Below are positions 53,399-64,000 of a stretch of DNA of 64,000 nucleotides, in pieces (position 1 is the first letter of the stretch; each line of letters starts with the position of its first letter). Source of the DNA: Vicugna vicugna. Taxonomy: Eukaryota. Under the pieces are notes generated by a model. It worked only from the letters and a program-made list of their open reading frames with translations. It ran no database searches and was not told where the DNA came from. Position numbers and translations under genes: made by a program. The stretch covers positions 5,640,302 to 5,704,301 of the forward strand of contig MU058065.1 in NCBI GenBank assembly GCA_013265495.1, read 5' to 3'.

Positions 53399-56300
53399 CT
53401 GTGGAATGGAGGAGAAGCTTGGGAGAGACAGGCACGCAGACTCACTGCCTCCCATTCCCCTGCAACTCCTCTGACCAGCAGCCCTCACTGCCCCCAGACC
53501 TTCCTAGGCCTGGCTGTCTACAGGGACTGCGGCCCCAGGCTGAAGCACCTTCCTCTGGCCAGAACCTTCAGGTCACCCCCCAGCAATACCTCCTAACAAT
53601 GAGAATGACAGCAGCTACCACAGAGAAGTGCTTTCCTGGGGCTCCTAGCTCCTGCGGTGCCTTGGGACACCATGTGTGGGTGGGCGATTTTCAAAAAGAT
53701 GTCCCTTCCCCTAGCTGATAAAAACAGGGCTCGGGATGGATTGTGGTGCCACCTCACCCCTACTTGTCCCTCAGCTGTGTGCTTTGATTCAGGACATGGC
53801 CTGCACAGCTCTCTATAGCAGCCCTGTGCTTTCTTCACACCAAACCGTGGTTCTCACTGCTTTACCTGGATTAGCATTGCTTTACCTGGTTTAATCCACA
53901 CCATGATCCTATAAGGGAGAATCTATTAGTGGCCCCATTATACAGATGAAAATAAAACTTCAGAAGGTTAGTAACGTGCTATCATCACACAAGAGCAGAA
54001 ACTGGCACCCAGATCTCCCTGAATCAGGGCCCATGCCCCCAAGACTGCACCAGGCACCATCCCTTACCGCCTGCAGCTCCCTGTCCTGGAAGAGCCGGGG
54101 CAGAAGGCAGCGCCTCAGTGGCACCGTGAGCAGAAGCAGGAAGGGGAAGGCGAGGGAGGCCGCCGTGGACTTGACCACCCAGAGCAGTGCGATGCAGCCC
54201 AGCTGGATGCAGGTAAACAGGTGCATCCGCCAGGTCTTCACCTGGGGAACAGGCGTCAGGTCTCATCACACAGCAACCAACCAGCTCCCAACTTATCTTT
54301 GGGGACTTGGCTCCCCAGGTCCCAACTTCTCCTCCATGGTCATCCCAGCCATCTCCAGCCCAGGGATCCCTTGGACTCCCTCACCGTCAGCCCATCTCCC
54401 CGCCTCCATGTTTCCTGGCCCTACCTTGGTCACGTAGGGCTGTTCAGGATGGTGTTTTGCTGGCATGAGGATAAGCAACAGACGCTGGGACAGCTGGATA
54501 CCAGACAGTGATGTGACCCCCATGTACAGGAAAATCCCAAAGAGCACGGCCAGCGGGATCCGGCGCAGCACAGCCCCCATGACGATGGACAGGCCTGGAG
54601 GAGGTGACACAGACCTACATGACCCCTGGACAGCCCCCGTGAGGACAGGTGGGCCTGCTGGGGAGGGGACGAGCTGGACCTCATCACTATGACCAAGAGA
54701 AGATGGAGAAATGGAGCAGGACTTAGAACCAAGAAAGGGCTCCAGAAAAAAGGCACATGGAGTGTCAAGAAGCAGGTTTGGGGGTCAGAGCAGGGCCAGT
54801 CATGACGCATTCGGAAATTCAGAAGGGGCCTGGGTCAAGTCTGGGATGGAGAAAGGATTTAAAGTCCAAGAAGGCCAGTCTGTGGGGCGGGGCCGGGGCC
54901 TTGCAAGGATGCTCTCACCCACGAGGCTGGCGATGAGCACTCCAGTGACCCGCTGCTCCCGCACCTCCTGGATCTGGGGCTTGTCGCCGGGCGCAATGGC
55001 AGTGCGCATAACGGTCAGTGCATTCACGTGGGTGACTGAGCGGACGGTGGCAGCCGTGAGCCAGGGCAACCCAAACAACCCACAGAGCCCACCCAGGGAG
55101 CCGATCAGAAGCAAGTCCAGGTGGAAGCCGGAGCCTTTGAGCAGCCTCCGTGCCTTCTGGCTGACGATGAGCCTGCGGGGAGGGGACAGGCAGCGGGGAT
55201 GAGAGGCAGGCGGGCCAGCGGCAGGATCAGGCACACACCGCAGGGACAGTGTAGTGGGGCAAGGACACCCAGAGCAGAGCTTTCCCGGGACCTGCCAGCT
55301 TCCTCTTTCGAGTTCTCAAATTGAAGTTCTCACATTTAAGCAAATTTGAGCCAAATTCCCATACTGTGGATATTTAAAACACCGCAAAAGCCAGATGCCA
55401 GCTCTCACTACATCACTGTGGTTTAACCAAAATGGGATATATGTGAGCATCACTGGGTGAGAGAACACGCTGCCAGGGTGTTCTGAGGACTGTCAAGTGC
55501 CACCCTGCAAAGGGTGGTGGCGACTGACAAATGTCACGTCAAAGCACAATGGGGAAACTGTGCCCCAGGCCCATGTCCACCCTACGGCTGCCAATCCCAC
55601 AGCTCCCCACCCCTCCCCCACCTCCTCCACCCAGGGTGTCCCCAGCCCGCTCACGCAGTGATTTGTGTCTCCATGAAGATCAGGATGAGGACCAGGAGAG
55701 CAGGCACGGCGGCTGCCACCATCATCCAGGGTGGGAAAGGACGGGCACTGCCCAGGGGAGGGATGAACCACGTGCGTTTATGGGGGGAGGTCACTGAGAG
55801 CCCCGTGGGCACTGTCAGCTTCTGCACGGCCAGAAGAAAGATAAGGTTCAAGGATGCTATCTCCCCAAGCTGGGAACTCCATGTAGCAGCTGCTCCCTGC
55901 AAGCACTGTGCCCCTGGTACCAGGGCTCCAGGGAATTTAGGTCTGAACAGTTTGGAGGAAATTAGTTTTGTATCCTCCAAAGTCACTGTCCTTCCAAGGG
56001 TCTGGTAGAGGACAGGAAAATGATATACCTTCTCCGTGAGCCCCAAAGCTGTCAGGAGACCTGCTGTGGGGACGCCTGTCATTCTGCTCCCAGTCCCACC
56101 TGCTCCTCCAGGAGTCTTGACTGAGGGTCACACACAGCCCCAGACCCCGTAGCTGGCCACTCAGGTGGACCACACGGCTGCTTCTGAAAGCCTCAGCCCA
56201 AGCACCCCTGGGAGCCCTAGCACACCAGCATTTCACCAGGAACGCGGGGTTCCAGGACTGACTGGCTGCTGGGAGAATGAGGAGGTGTTGCGGCCTCCCT

Positions 56301-59300
56301 CTCAAGGCCCTGGGGTGAGAACCAGCGGCGAGAGGTGGTTGGGAGTCACTCACCTGTGTGTAAGTGTCTGTAATGGAGTAGTCCACCAGGACCATCACCA
56401 GAATGGAGATGGGGATGCCGAAGTCCCCGATGATGCGGCGAGCCTTGAGAGGGGCCAGTCAGGGTAAAGGAGCAGAAGGTGGACAGAGGTGAGGGTTGGG
56501 AGAGGAGCACGGGGGCTTAGTACCCCAACCTTGCTTGCGTCTAAGCAGGAGCCAGGAGTCCCCTGGCCTGTCCCTTTAGACCCCACGGGTGTCGGCCCAG
56601 CCCAGGAGGGCATTCCCCTCCTGATTACACTTCTCTGAGGCTTCAGACAGGGAGGAGGGCTGCAGGGACTCGGTTCAGGTCCCCGGGCTGACTGGGAGAG
56701 GGCACAGCCCCACTCTGGAGCGGAGCCTGGCGGTGACAGCAGGAACTGAGGGAGACTCACGGAGCCTCCCAGGCCCCAACCCTGCCAGCCACACACCTTG
56801 CCACCCAGGAAGCGGCTGTTCCTGAACTTGCGTAGGAAGAAGGCGATGAGAAAGGTCCCAAGCATGAGGATGAGGGACAGCAGAGCCGTGTTGGGCTGGT
56901 TCCTCGGGCCCGGCAGCCCCTCAGTGGGAGACGGGACACTCCCATTCAGGTCCTGCCCAGCCTCCAAGGCTCCCCCAGGGGGGTAGAATGGCAGCAACGG
57001 GTGCTCCATGAACACCTGTGTGGGTTACATGGCCGCCTTGGCGCTCACCTGGGTAGGTGGCCCTGATTTTCTACCATCAGCACACCTGTGAGGGAGAGAC
57101 CTGACCAGGCAATGTAACACAGGACATCCAGCTATATCTCACACACACCCCGCCTCTGCAAATGGTGACGTGAGGACCCCCAGCCCTGCAGCACTGACAG
57201 TGCCCTCCTCCTGCCACATACCTTTGCGGGTGAATCCTGGAGTTCAAATATCTGGGTTGACTCCCTGACCTTCAACTCAGACCTAGCCTAGGGTGTCCTC
57301 AACCCCCCACGCTCACACCCAACATAGCCTTCCTCTTTGTCCCCTCTGCCCACGCCACTCCCTCCCATGGTCTCCTCCTAAGGGCACTGCCCAGCCCCCT
57401 CTACACCCACCCCCAAGACCTCTCGGGGTCTCCACCTTGTAGAGCTTGTGGAAGGTCTCATAGATGAAAATGAGCGAGATGAGGAAGGCAAAGATCTCCT
57501 GGGTGAAAGGCGAGATGTAGCGGACCAGGAAGCTGCCTTCTGCGGCTACCAGGGCAAGGACGAAGACCACCAGCCAGAGGCCCACCCACACCCGGCCCGT
57601 GAGGTACTCCAGGTCCTGGGCTCGGCAGAACTAGAGGTCAGGAGGGAGAGAGGGTTACCCACAGCCGTCTGCCCTGGACGTCAGGGACCCATGGCACAGG
57701 CAAGAGGTGACCCCCGAGGGAGAGGGGGAGAGACCGCTGGGGCCCCTCACCTGGGCTGGGGCATAGGATGGGGCAGGTGACCCCGGGGGAGGGGTGGGGC
57801 AGGCTGTCACCTTGAAGAAGGCTTCTTCGAAGACAAGCAGTGGCCCAGAGAAGCCGACCACGAGCAGCGGCTGGGCCCCCAGCAGAGAGAAGAGGACGCC
57901 AAGCACAGCCGTGGACACAATCAGCTCAGACACACCCATCAGCCCCTCCGTCTTCTCCCCTGGGGCAGGCAAGGGTCGGTGGGATGGGCCAGGCCCAGCT
58001 CCTTCCACCTGGCCCCTCTTCCTCATCTAGTTTCCCTAACCCTGGGACCCAAGAAGAACAGAGCAGCCCCCTAGGGTGATATCTAGGGCCTCTCACCACT
58101 CCCATCCCTCCTGCCCCTCACCACCAGCCTCCAAGGTGATCATCGGGTCCCCAATCCCCTCCCATTTGTAGTCCCCCAAAAGTGACTGCTGGGACCCCCT
58201 GAGCCAGCAGCTCCTTAAGATGGTCACAACAGGGGTGATCTCCTCTCAGCCACCGGCCCCCCTAATGTGATCACTGGGATGCCCTGACCCAGAAACCCAG
58301 CAGGTAACATTGAGCCCCCTCACCTCTTCTCCCACCCCCTCACCTCTTCTACCACCCCCTCACCTAGCAGCCCCCCGAAGGTGATGGCAGGGCTGAGGGC
58401 AGCGAAGTAGATGAAAAGCACAGCGGCCACGCACTGGGAGTGCAGGGCGTCCCGCAGGTCGCTGGGGTAGTGTGGGTACCGGCGCTTCACGTCCCGGACA
58501 AGCCCCCCGAACACCGAGCCCGTCCGCAGCAGGGGGTCATCTTCGGGGGCCGCCTCGGAGCCCCCCAACTCTATTGACAGCTCTGGGGGCACAAGGGGCT
58601 GCTGGAACACAGACCATGCCCCTCGTGCTGGGAGCAGGCCCTGGGCTCCATCCTTCCCAGCTGGGGACGCGTCGCAGAGACCAGGGTCAGGGGTTGGAAG
58701 CCATAAACAGGGCTCAGGAGTCAGGATGGGACTGGGGTCAGGGCCTCGGGAGCTGGGGTGGGAGCATGTATGCTGGGAAGGGGGGCTCCAGGCCCCCAAG
58801 GGTCTGACCTTTCCCGGGGGCCACGTAGCCACCCTGAGTGGTCATCTCAGCTTTGGTCTGCTCGCGCTCCCGCCGCTTCTTGAGCAGCTCGCGCTGGAAG
58901 GCAGCCACAGAGCGCAGCAGGTCCCGGCCCTCCACCTCGGATGGGGGGATCACGATGCTGCCATCCAGGAACTCGCTGATGGCACTCAAGAGGTCCTGCC
59001 GGTCGTCTGCCTGGTAGGCAGCCTCGTGAAACAGCTGGGGGCAGGAGAGGCAGGGGCTGAGCTGGTGGCCCAGGGAACCCCTGGGATGGGGGTTTTGGGG
59101 ACCAGGTGTTGGGCCATCACAGAGCAAGAGGCAAGGTGAACGTTCAGCCACATATACAGGTCTCGTCCAGTTGTAAAAAGTCTGTGCTGTCCAGCAGGCA
59201 GCCCCAGCCCAGAACATCACCTGCACCCCCAAGAGTGCCCTCTACTCCCCTCAGAGCCTCCAGACTTTGCCACAATGCAACACCTAAGGGGCTAAAGCCT

Positions 59301-62300
59301 GGCAAAGCAGGGGCCATTCTGATTGGAAAAGGCCCCACCGTGAAGGTTGGTAAATCTTTTGAACATCACCCGTGGCCAGAGGACCCTCCTATCCGAGCCC
59401 ACAAGAATCCAGCCTCCCATTCAAGTCTCATGTCATATCCAAAACTTCAGAGTCTGGGCTTCCTCTTCTCTGCTGAATCCACCCCGCCATTCCCACGGCC
59501 CCAGCCCCAGGCTCGCTTTTCTCTCTCAACCAACAGTTCCCTCTACCACTCTGAAGCAAGGCCGGCACCTGGGAGGGCCTCTAGTACCCCTGCATCCATG
59601 GGCTCCACTAGGGGCAGTGAGAGGGACAGGAAACAAGTAGGGCTCAGGTGAACAGAAGAGCACCCTGCCCCAGGACTGCAGGACCCACCTTGTCAGACAT
59701 GAGGGTTGCAATGGAACGCCCAAGCTCGTGATAGTCAGTGCTGGTGTGGTTGGGCCCCAGCATCACAAAGAGAAAGCGAACCGGCACGGGGACCTCAAGC
59801 ACAGATTCCAAGAGTACAGCCTCGTTCAGGCGCACAAAGGCTGCTGCTGGCTGCTCCAGGAAAGGCACACATCCTGGGGGCAGAGTAAGGCACAGGGTGC
59901 TGGGCAAAGGGGAGCAGTCAAGGCAGGCCCTAGAGTGGGTATCTGGGGCCATCACATACAGCTGTGCAGGCTGTGCACTGCGTAAGGAAACCCCAATCTA
60001 AAGAACCCGTATTTGTTTGCGTGTTTGAATATTTATTACAACTTACCAACAGATGGAAATCGAGGGTATTAAGGAAAGCGTACTATTTTCTAATCGTCAC
60101 AAAGGTGCTACATGGACTAGAAACAGTCCATGATAGCGGAAAACCGGATGGGGAACAGGCAGAGGATTGGGGAAAAAAGGGCTGGGGGGCAAGATGGGTT
60201 GAGAAGAAGAGCAGGGGCAGAGTTGGGGGGGGGCAGGCCTGGCTGGGGATGGAAGGAGCAGCCTGCAGGCCAGAGGTCATGACACACAGGCCCCGGTAGA
60301 GGCATCCATGCCCCGCAGCCCCTACCCCCAGAGCCGAGCCCTCCTTACCCACGAGCACGACAGTAGCCTCAGCATCTTCAGGGATCTTCTCCAGCAGCTT
60401 CAGGCTTTTCCCCCGGTGACCATCTCCCCCAGGCATGTGGAGGGGCTTCTGAGGACGCAGAACTGGAATAGGGCTGGGACCCAGACCGGAGGCCATGGCA
60501 GGCCCTCCCATCCCTTGCTCTAGGCCTGGACTCTGCCCTCCCATCCCTGGATCTGGGCCCTGCTTTCTCCCTCCCCAACCAATGTAGGGACTGTTGGTGA
60601 TGTGCCCCATATCAGGAGGAGACCAGCCCAGGACCCAGGTCCCTCCTCCAAGCCCCCCACTACCACCTCAGCCTTATCTTGTTTAAGTGGCTCCCTGGGG
60701 TCTGCCCCATCATCCCATTTAAACATCCTGTTTCTCCAGGGCAGGTCCCTTGTGCTGGTCACATAGGTCCCCCACATGCCGAGTATGGGGCCAGGCACCC
60801 AATCTTCCTGATCCACTCAGTGAAGCCATCCATAGCCTCCACTGAAACTGGAAGCCTTCTCCACCCCACGAGCCCAGGTCAGAAGAAGGCGACTGACCTC
60901 CTTGGCCTCAGGGTCATGAGGCCAGAGTGGGGCTGGCTCCCCCAGGTCATCGACCATGGTAGGCACTGCACCGTCAGGGCCATGGCTGGGGGTTGGGTGA
61001 TGATTCCCCAGGACCGAGTTCACACTAGAGCTGGATGCATTTCGGGGAAAGAAGCCACTGTCCTTGTCATCATTGGGATGGCTGAGGAGAGGCCAAAGGG
61101 GGCAAGGCAGATGAGGAAAAGAGACCCTTGGTAGACTGAGGTCATGAGGAAATGAGAATGGAGGGTCAGGGCCTCTAACCCTTCTGCCTCAGTGTAGGAA
61201 GGAACTTTCTAACAGTTGATACTTTATAAAGAGCTCCCTGTCACTTGGGGTATTCAAGCAGAGGCTGGAGAGCCACTCAGGAGGGTCTGTGCTCCTGGAA
61301 GGGCAGCTGAACCTGAAGGCCCCCTCTCAGGCACCCCACCCTGGCACCTGTGTTTCAGTAGCAGGGTGCGAAGGACACTGGCCCTGTCCTCTGGCCGGAT
61401 CTGATCAGACACGATCATGGTCTCCACCACGAGATGTGCGATGCCTGGGAGAGTGGTCTGCTCCAGGTCCAGGAGGGCAGCTCCTGGGGGCACAGTCAGA
61501 GGAGGAAACACGGTCCCATCAGATAGAAAAAAACACCCCCCTGTGGCCTTGCTCCCCAAGGGGGCAGGCAAACATGCTGGGTGAGCCCAGCCCCCAGGGC
61601 ACCCAGGCAGACACACAGTTCCATATGGTCACAGCCCGACCCAAGAGGGATGAAGAAAGAAAGCACAAGGGTGAGGGCACGGCCCCTGCCTCACCCAGAG
61701 AGGGTGTTATCTGCTGACTTACTGCACGTGGACGGACACCTACTATGCCCAGGTATGGTACCAGGTACCAAGGCACAGCCCTGCCCCTCAGAGCTTATGG
61801 TTGTGCAGGCAGCTGGACCCCACGACCCCAGAAGGGCACCCAGACCTCGCCTGGCCCCAGGGCTCCAGGGATGAGTCCCCCGGGCCAGGCAGCCTGGCAC
61901 AGGCTGAGCTCTACGGTCTGTGAAGAGGGTGTGCAGCACCAGGGCCAGGCCTGCAGGGCCCCTACCGTGGGCGATGGTCCTCCTGAGCTCTAGCAGGCTG
62001 CGGAAGGAGAGCGAGGCCACGTGGGGTTTCCCCCAGCGCTCCGTCTCTTCCTCCACGTCCTCCTCAAACTTGATCCAGCGGGCCGTCTCCCGCCAGTGGG
62101 GCTCCTGGCTGCGGTCCAGCATCAGCTCGTTCAGCTCCACAAACACCTGGGGTGGGCGCCGAGGGTGAGGGCCTGGGGGCCACCAGGTGGGACCAGCTGT
62201 CTTATGGACATTGTGATGGGGCCAGGCGAGGAGGGAGGGAAAGGGAAAGGGAAAGGAGAGGCGAGAGGAAGCCAAAAGTCCACCCCCTCAGGGTCCTGTA

Positions 62301-63130
62301 CCTCATGAGGCCTCCGGTCCAGCTGCTTCTTCTTCTTCTTCCTGCGCAGGATGGGGGCCAGGCCACCAGGGCTGCCCCTCCCACCCTGCGTCCGAGATGG
62401 CTTCTTCACCAGGTGCCGCCGCACACCAGGGTTGTCCTCCAGCCGGTGACCTGCAGAGAAGGTGGGCTTGGCGGTCCCAGGACTCCAGCTCAGGGCCTCA
62501 GGGCCAGCCCCTCCAGCTCTGCCCAGCCAGCCTACTTGGGGGGTGGCCCACAGTCACCCAGGGGCCATGCCAACAAAACTACATCATCCAGCGTGGCCAT
62601 TTCCTAGATAAGGAGACTGAGGCCCAGAGAGGGGAAAGGACTAGTCCACAGTCACATGGGGAACCACTGGCTAAGCCACAATAAAAATACAACCCCCAAC
62701 TCAGTCCACAGCCCCTGCCACAACCACTGCTTCTCACTCTGCACTGCAGGGAGCCACGTTAAGTGGCCGGGCCCCGAGCCCGCGGCACTCTCCCTGCACC
62801 CCCTCAGCACCCATGTCTCCCCCATGGGTACACCTCCAGGCAGACTCAGGCTGAGTTTCCCTCCCTTCTTCCCCATCTGCCCCTTTCAGGCTAGCAGCTG
62901 TGGGGAGGCCAGCAGCCAAGTTACTCACAAGGCAGTCCCCCTGCCATGGGGCTCAGCTCGCCCCTGATGGATTCCCATAGGTCATAGTCCTCGAGGTCCA
63001 GCACAAACATCTCTAAGTCCTCTGAGGCCAGCGAGTCTCGAGGGCTAGGAGAGCTCCAGCCCTCAGCGTCCCCAGGCCCAGGGCTCAGTGCCCCATTGGC
63101 CTCTGTGACCTCCTCCAGCAGGCTTGTCAT
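53321..63130 (-). CDS. SLC4A3: SLC4A3 anion exchanger 3 (AE3), spliced CDS of cardiac-type isoform; 18 coding exons, 1025 aa
   Basis: Exon translations give SLC4/AE3 motifs: [81 protein letters not shown]-terminal [10 protein letters not shown]. Exon lengths sum to 3078 nt with consistent phases and GT-AG introns. Confidence 0.97.
53860..54030 (-). mobile_element. MIR fragment in last SLC4A3 intron
   Basis: ccccattatacagatgaaaataaaacttcagaaggttagtaacgtg. Confidence 0.6.
54068..54241 (-). CDS. SLC4A3: SLC4A3 exon 22 ([10 protein letters not shown]...DRELQA)
   Basis: 174 nt; canonical splice sites. Confidence 0.96.
54425..54594 (-). CDS. SLC4A3: SLC4A3 exon 21 ([25 protein letters not shown]...PYVTK)
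   Basis: 170 nt; canonical splice sites. Confidence 0.96.
54919..55172 (-). CDS. SLC4A3: SLC4A3 exon 20 ([19 protein letters not shown]...[13 protein letters not shown])
   Basis: 254 nt; canonical splice sites. Confidence 0.96.
55655..55821 (-). CDS. SLC4A3: SLC4A3 exon 19 ([11 protein letters not shown]...LIFMETQIT)
   Basis: 167 nt; carries the conserved transport glutamate in METQ. Confidence 0.96.
56354..56443 (-). CDS. SLC4A3: SLC4A3 exon 18 ([15 protein letters not shown]...TDTYTQ)
   Basis: 90 nt; AAG acceptor and GTGAGT donor. Confidence 0.94.
56797..57015 (-). CDS. SLC4A3: SLC4A3 exon 17 (VFMEHPLL...NGS sequon loop...RFLGGK)
   Basis: 219 nt; canonical splice sites. Confidence 0.95.
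57436..57630 (-). CDS. SLC4A3: SLC4A3 exon 16 ([10 protein letters not shown]...YETFHKLYK)
   Basis: 195 nt; ends in the KLxK stilbene-binding-type motif; canonical splice sites. Confidence 0.96.
57811..57959 (-). CDS. SLC4A3: SLC4A3 exon 15 ([11 protein letters not shown]...FEEAFFK)
   Basis: 149 nt; canonical splice sites. Confidence 0.96.
58315..58365. repeat. 20-bp tandem repeat (about 2.5 copies) overlapping the exon 14 donor
   Basis: ccccctcacctcttct(c/a)cca repeated with period 20. Confidence 0.9.
58364..58582 (-). CDS. SLC4A3: SLC4A3 exon 14 (LSIELGG...DDPLLRTG...AITFGGLL), start of membrane domain
   Basis: 219 nt; canonical splice sites. Confidence 0.96.
58809..59034 (-). CDS. SLC4A3: SLC4A3 exon 13 ([11 protein letters not shown]...VAPGK)
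   Basis: 226 nt; canonical splice sites. Confidence 0.95.
59689..59873 (-). CDS. SLC4A3: SLC4A3 exon 12 ([15 protein letters not shown]...ATLMSDK)
   Basis: 185 nt; canonical splice sites. Confidence 0.96.
60349..60448 (-). CDS. SLC4A3: SLC4A3 exon 11 ([11 protein letters not shown]...EATVVLV)
   Basis: 100 nt; CAG acceptor and GTAAG donor. Confidence 0.95.
60898..61081 (-). CDS. SLC4A3: SLC4A3 exon 10 ([14 protein letters not shown]...HDPEAKE)
   Basis: 184 nt; canonical splice sites. Confidence 0.95.
61348..61483 (-). CDS. SLC4A3: SLC4A3 exon 9 ([11 protein letters not shown]...LLLKH)
   Basis: 136 nt; canonical splice sites; phase consistent. Confidence 0.95.
61966..62146 (-). CDS. SLC4A3: SLC4A3 exon 8 ([11 protein letters not shown]...LRRTIAH)
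   Basis: 181 nt; contains SLC4 motif [12 protein letters not shown]; canonical splice sites. Confidence 0.96.
62302..62450 (-). CDS. SLC4A3: SLC4A3 exon 7 ([16 protein letters not shown]...[15 protein letters not shown])
   Basis: 149 nt, AG acceptor and GT donor, phase 1 to 0. Confidence 0.95.
62929..63130 (-). CDS. SLC4A3: SLC4A3 cardiac-type alternative first coding exon ([21 protein letters not shown]...[32 protein letters not shown])
   Basis: ATG at 63130-63128 with G at -3. 202 nt (67 codons + 1), ending at a GTGAGT donor whose phase 1 matches exon 7. The peptide resembles the cAE3-specific N-terminus as I recall it. Confidence 0.85.
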
Positions 63131-63770
63131 TCCTGGATGGCTGTGGCCTTGGCCCCTGCTCCCTCCCAGAGCCCTGGCTCTCTTGAGAGGTGGGAGCCTG
63201 GACAGGAGTGGTCTCTGTCCAACCAGAGCTGAAAGTGGCTGGGCCTCCCGATCCAGACTCCCCAGGTCCCCAAATCTGCTCCCTGCTGCTTCCAGCCCTG
63301 ACCTGGGTCTGTAAACACACCCTCCCTCTGACCCCACCACCATCCCACTGCCACCGCTGCTGCTGCTGCTGTCATCGGATTGTTCCTGTCCCTGTCCTCA
63401 GGCCCTGGCAACTTTCCATGACGTACTGAGCTCAAAGCCCTCCCCTGCACCCCCCACGCACAAAGTGGTTCCAAGGGGGAGGAGGGCGGGGTCAGTGATG
63501 CCCCTGGCCTGGGCACAGAGCCCCATGGGTGATGACAGGTGGCACAGAAACCAGGGCACTGATAAGATGGAAGGAATGTGCCGAGATCACAGCCAGGCGT
63601 GGCCAAGGGTGGTGTGGTGGGAGTGGGGGACCCTGACATAGGGAGATGCAGAGCCTAGAAGAGTGGTTTCAGACTCAGGGAGCTGGTTTGAAGTGGGTAA
63701 GCATTTGCCCCGAGAAGAAGAGCCTCAGGGGAGGGGGACACGATGATATCTCCAAACGTCACGTGGAAGA
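63131..63770 (-). promoter_or_regulatory. Putative internal (cardiac) SLC4A3 promoter / 5' UTR
   Basis: Lies upstream of the cardiac exon. FOX motif TGTAAACA 63310-63317, MEIS TGACAG 63533-63538, GATA TGATAAG 63560-63566, TEAD/MCAT GGAATG 63573-63578. Confidence 0.55.
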
Positions 63771-64000
63771 AGGGCTGCTGTATTCCGGGGGTGACTCAGA
63801 GGACACGATCAGGATGGAAGGGCAGAGGTGCAGTGTGGGGAACTCTCAGCTCTGGCACCCGAGGCGTGGCTTGGTGAAGTAGTGAGCTCCCTGTCACTGG
63901 CCACATTCCAGCAGAGAGGGATACTACAGAGGGGCTCAGCCCTGGGCTGGGGAGAGCACGGGGCCTCTCCAAGGTCTCTCACAGGCTGGGCACCCGTGGG

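Noticed and set aside
61691..61965. Open read-through of intron 8 as a truncated AE3 isoform (like rodent 311-AE3)
   Set aside because: The frame stays open for about 90 codons, but I see no poly(A) hexamer in the intron and no resemblance to the rodent tail I recall; GC-richness explains the open frame.
53900..63400. Many plus-strand ORFs antisense to SLC4A3
   Set aside because: Shadow ORFs of GC-rich coding exons; no independent gene structure.
1..64000. CRISPR arrays, operons or another novel multi-gene system
   Set aside because: The DNA is clearly mammalian. I found no regularly spaced repeat-spacer structure and no unexplained coding cluster.

Overview
Mammalian genomic DNA, most likely a camelid: there is one Vic-1-type tRNA-Ala-derived SINE and cetartiodactyl-type L1 3' ends, and I recognised no Alu, B1, Bov-tA or PRE-1 SINEs. 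The right-hand ~10.7 kb holds the 3' part of SLC4A3 (anion exchanger 3, AE3) on the minus strand. I traced 17 shared coding exons (7-23 by human-style numbering) plus the cardiac-type alternative first exon. All introns are GT-AG with consistent phases, and the exons splice to an intact 3078-nt ORF (1025 aa + stop). The upstream brain-isoform exons lie beyond the right edge. The left ~53 kb is gene-free intergenic DNA rich in old MIR, L2, L1, MaLR/ERV LTR and hAT fossils. By human/mouse synteny it should be the start of the gene desert toward EPHA4. I found no new protein-coding system, and the ORF track outside SLC4A3 and L1 looks like noise. The best leads are regulatory or splicing features: a tandem pair of strong CTCF motifs beside a CpG-rich element just 3' of SLC4A3 (candidate EPHA4-TAD boundary), an alternative acceptor 14 nt upstream of exon 11 that matches the truncated rodent '14-AE3' form, a 20-bp tandem repeat that triplicates the exon 14 donor, and a cardiac TF motif cluster upstream of the cardiac exon. 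Repeat boundaries and subfamily names are by-eye estimates.
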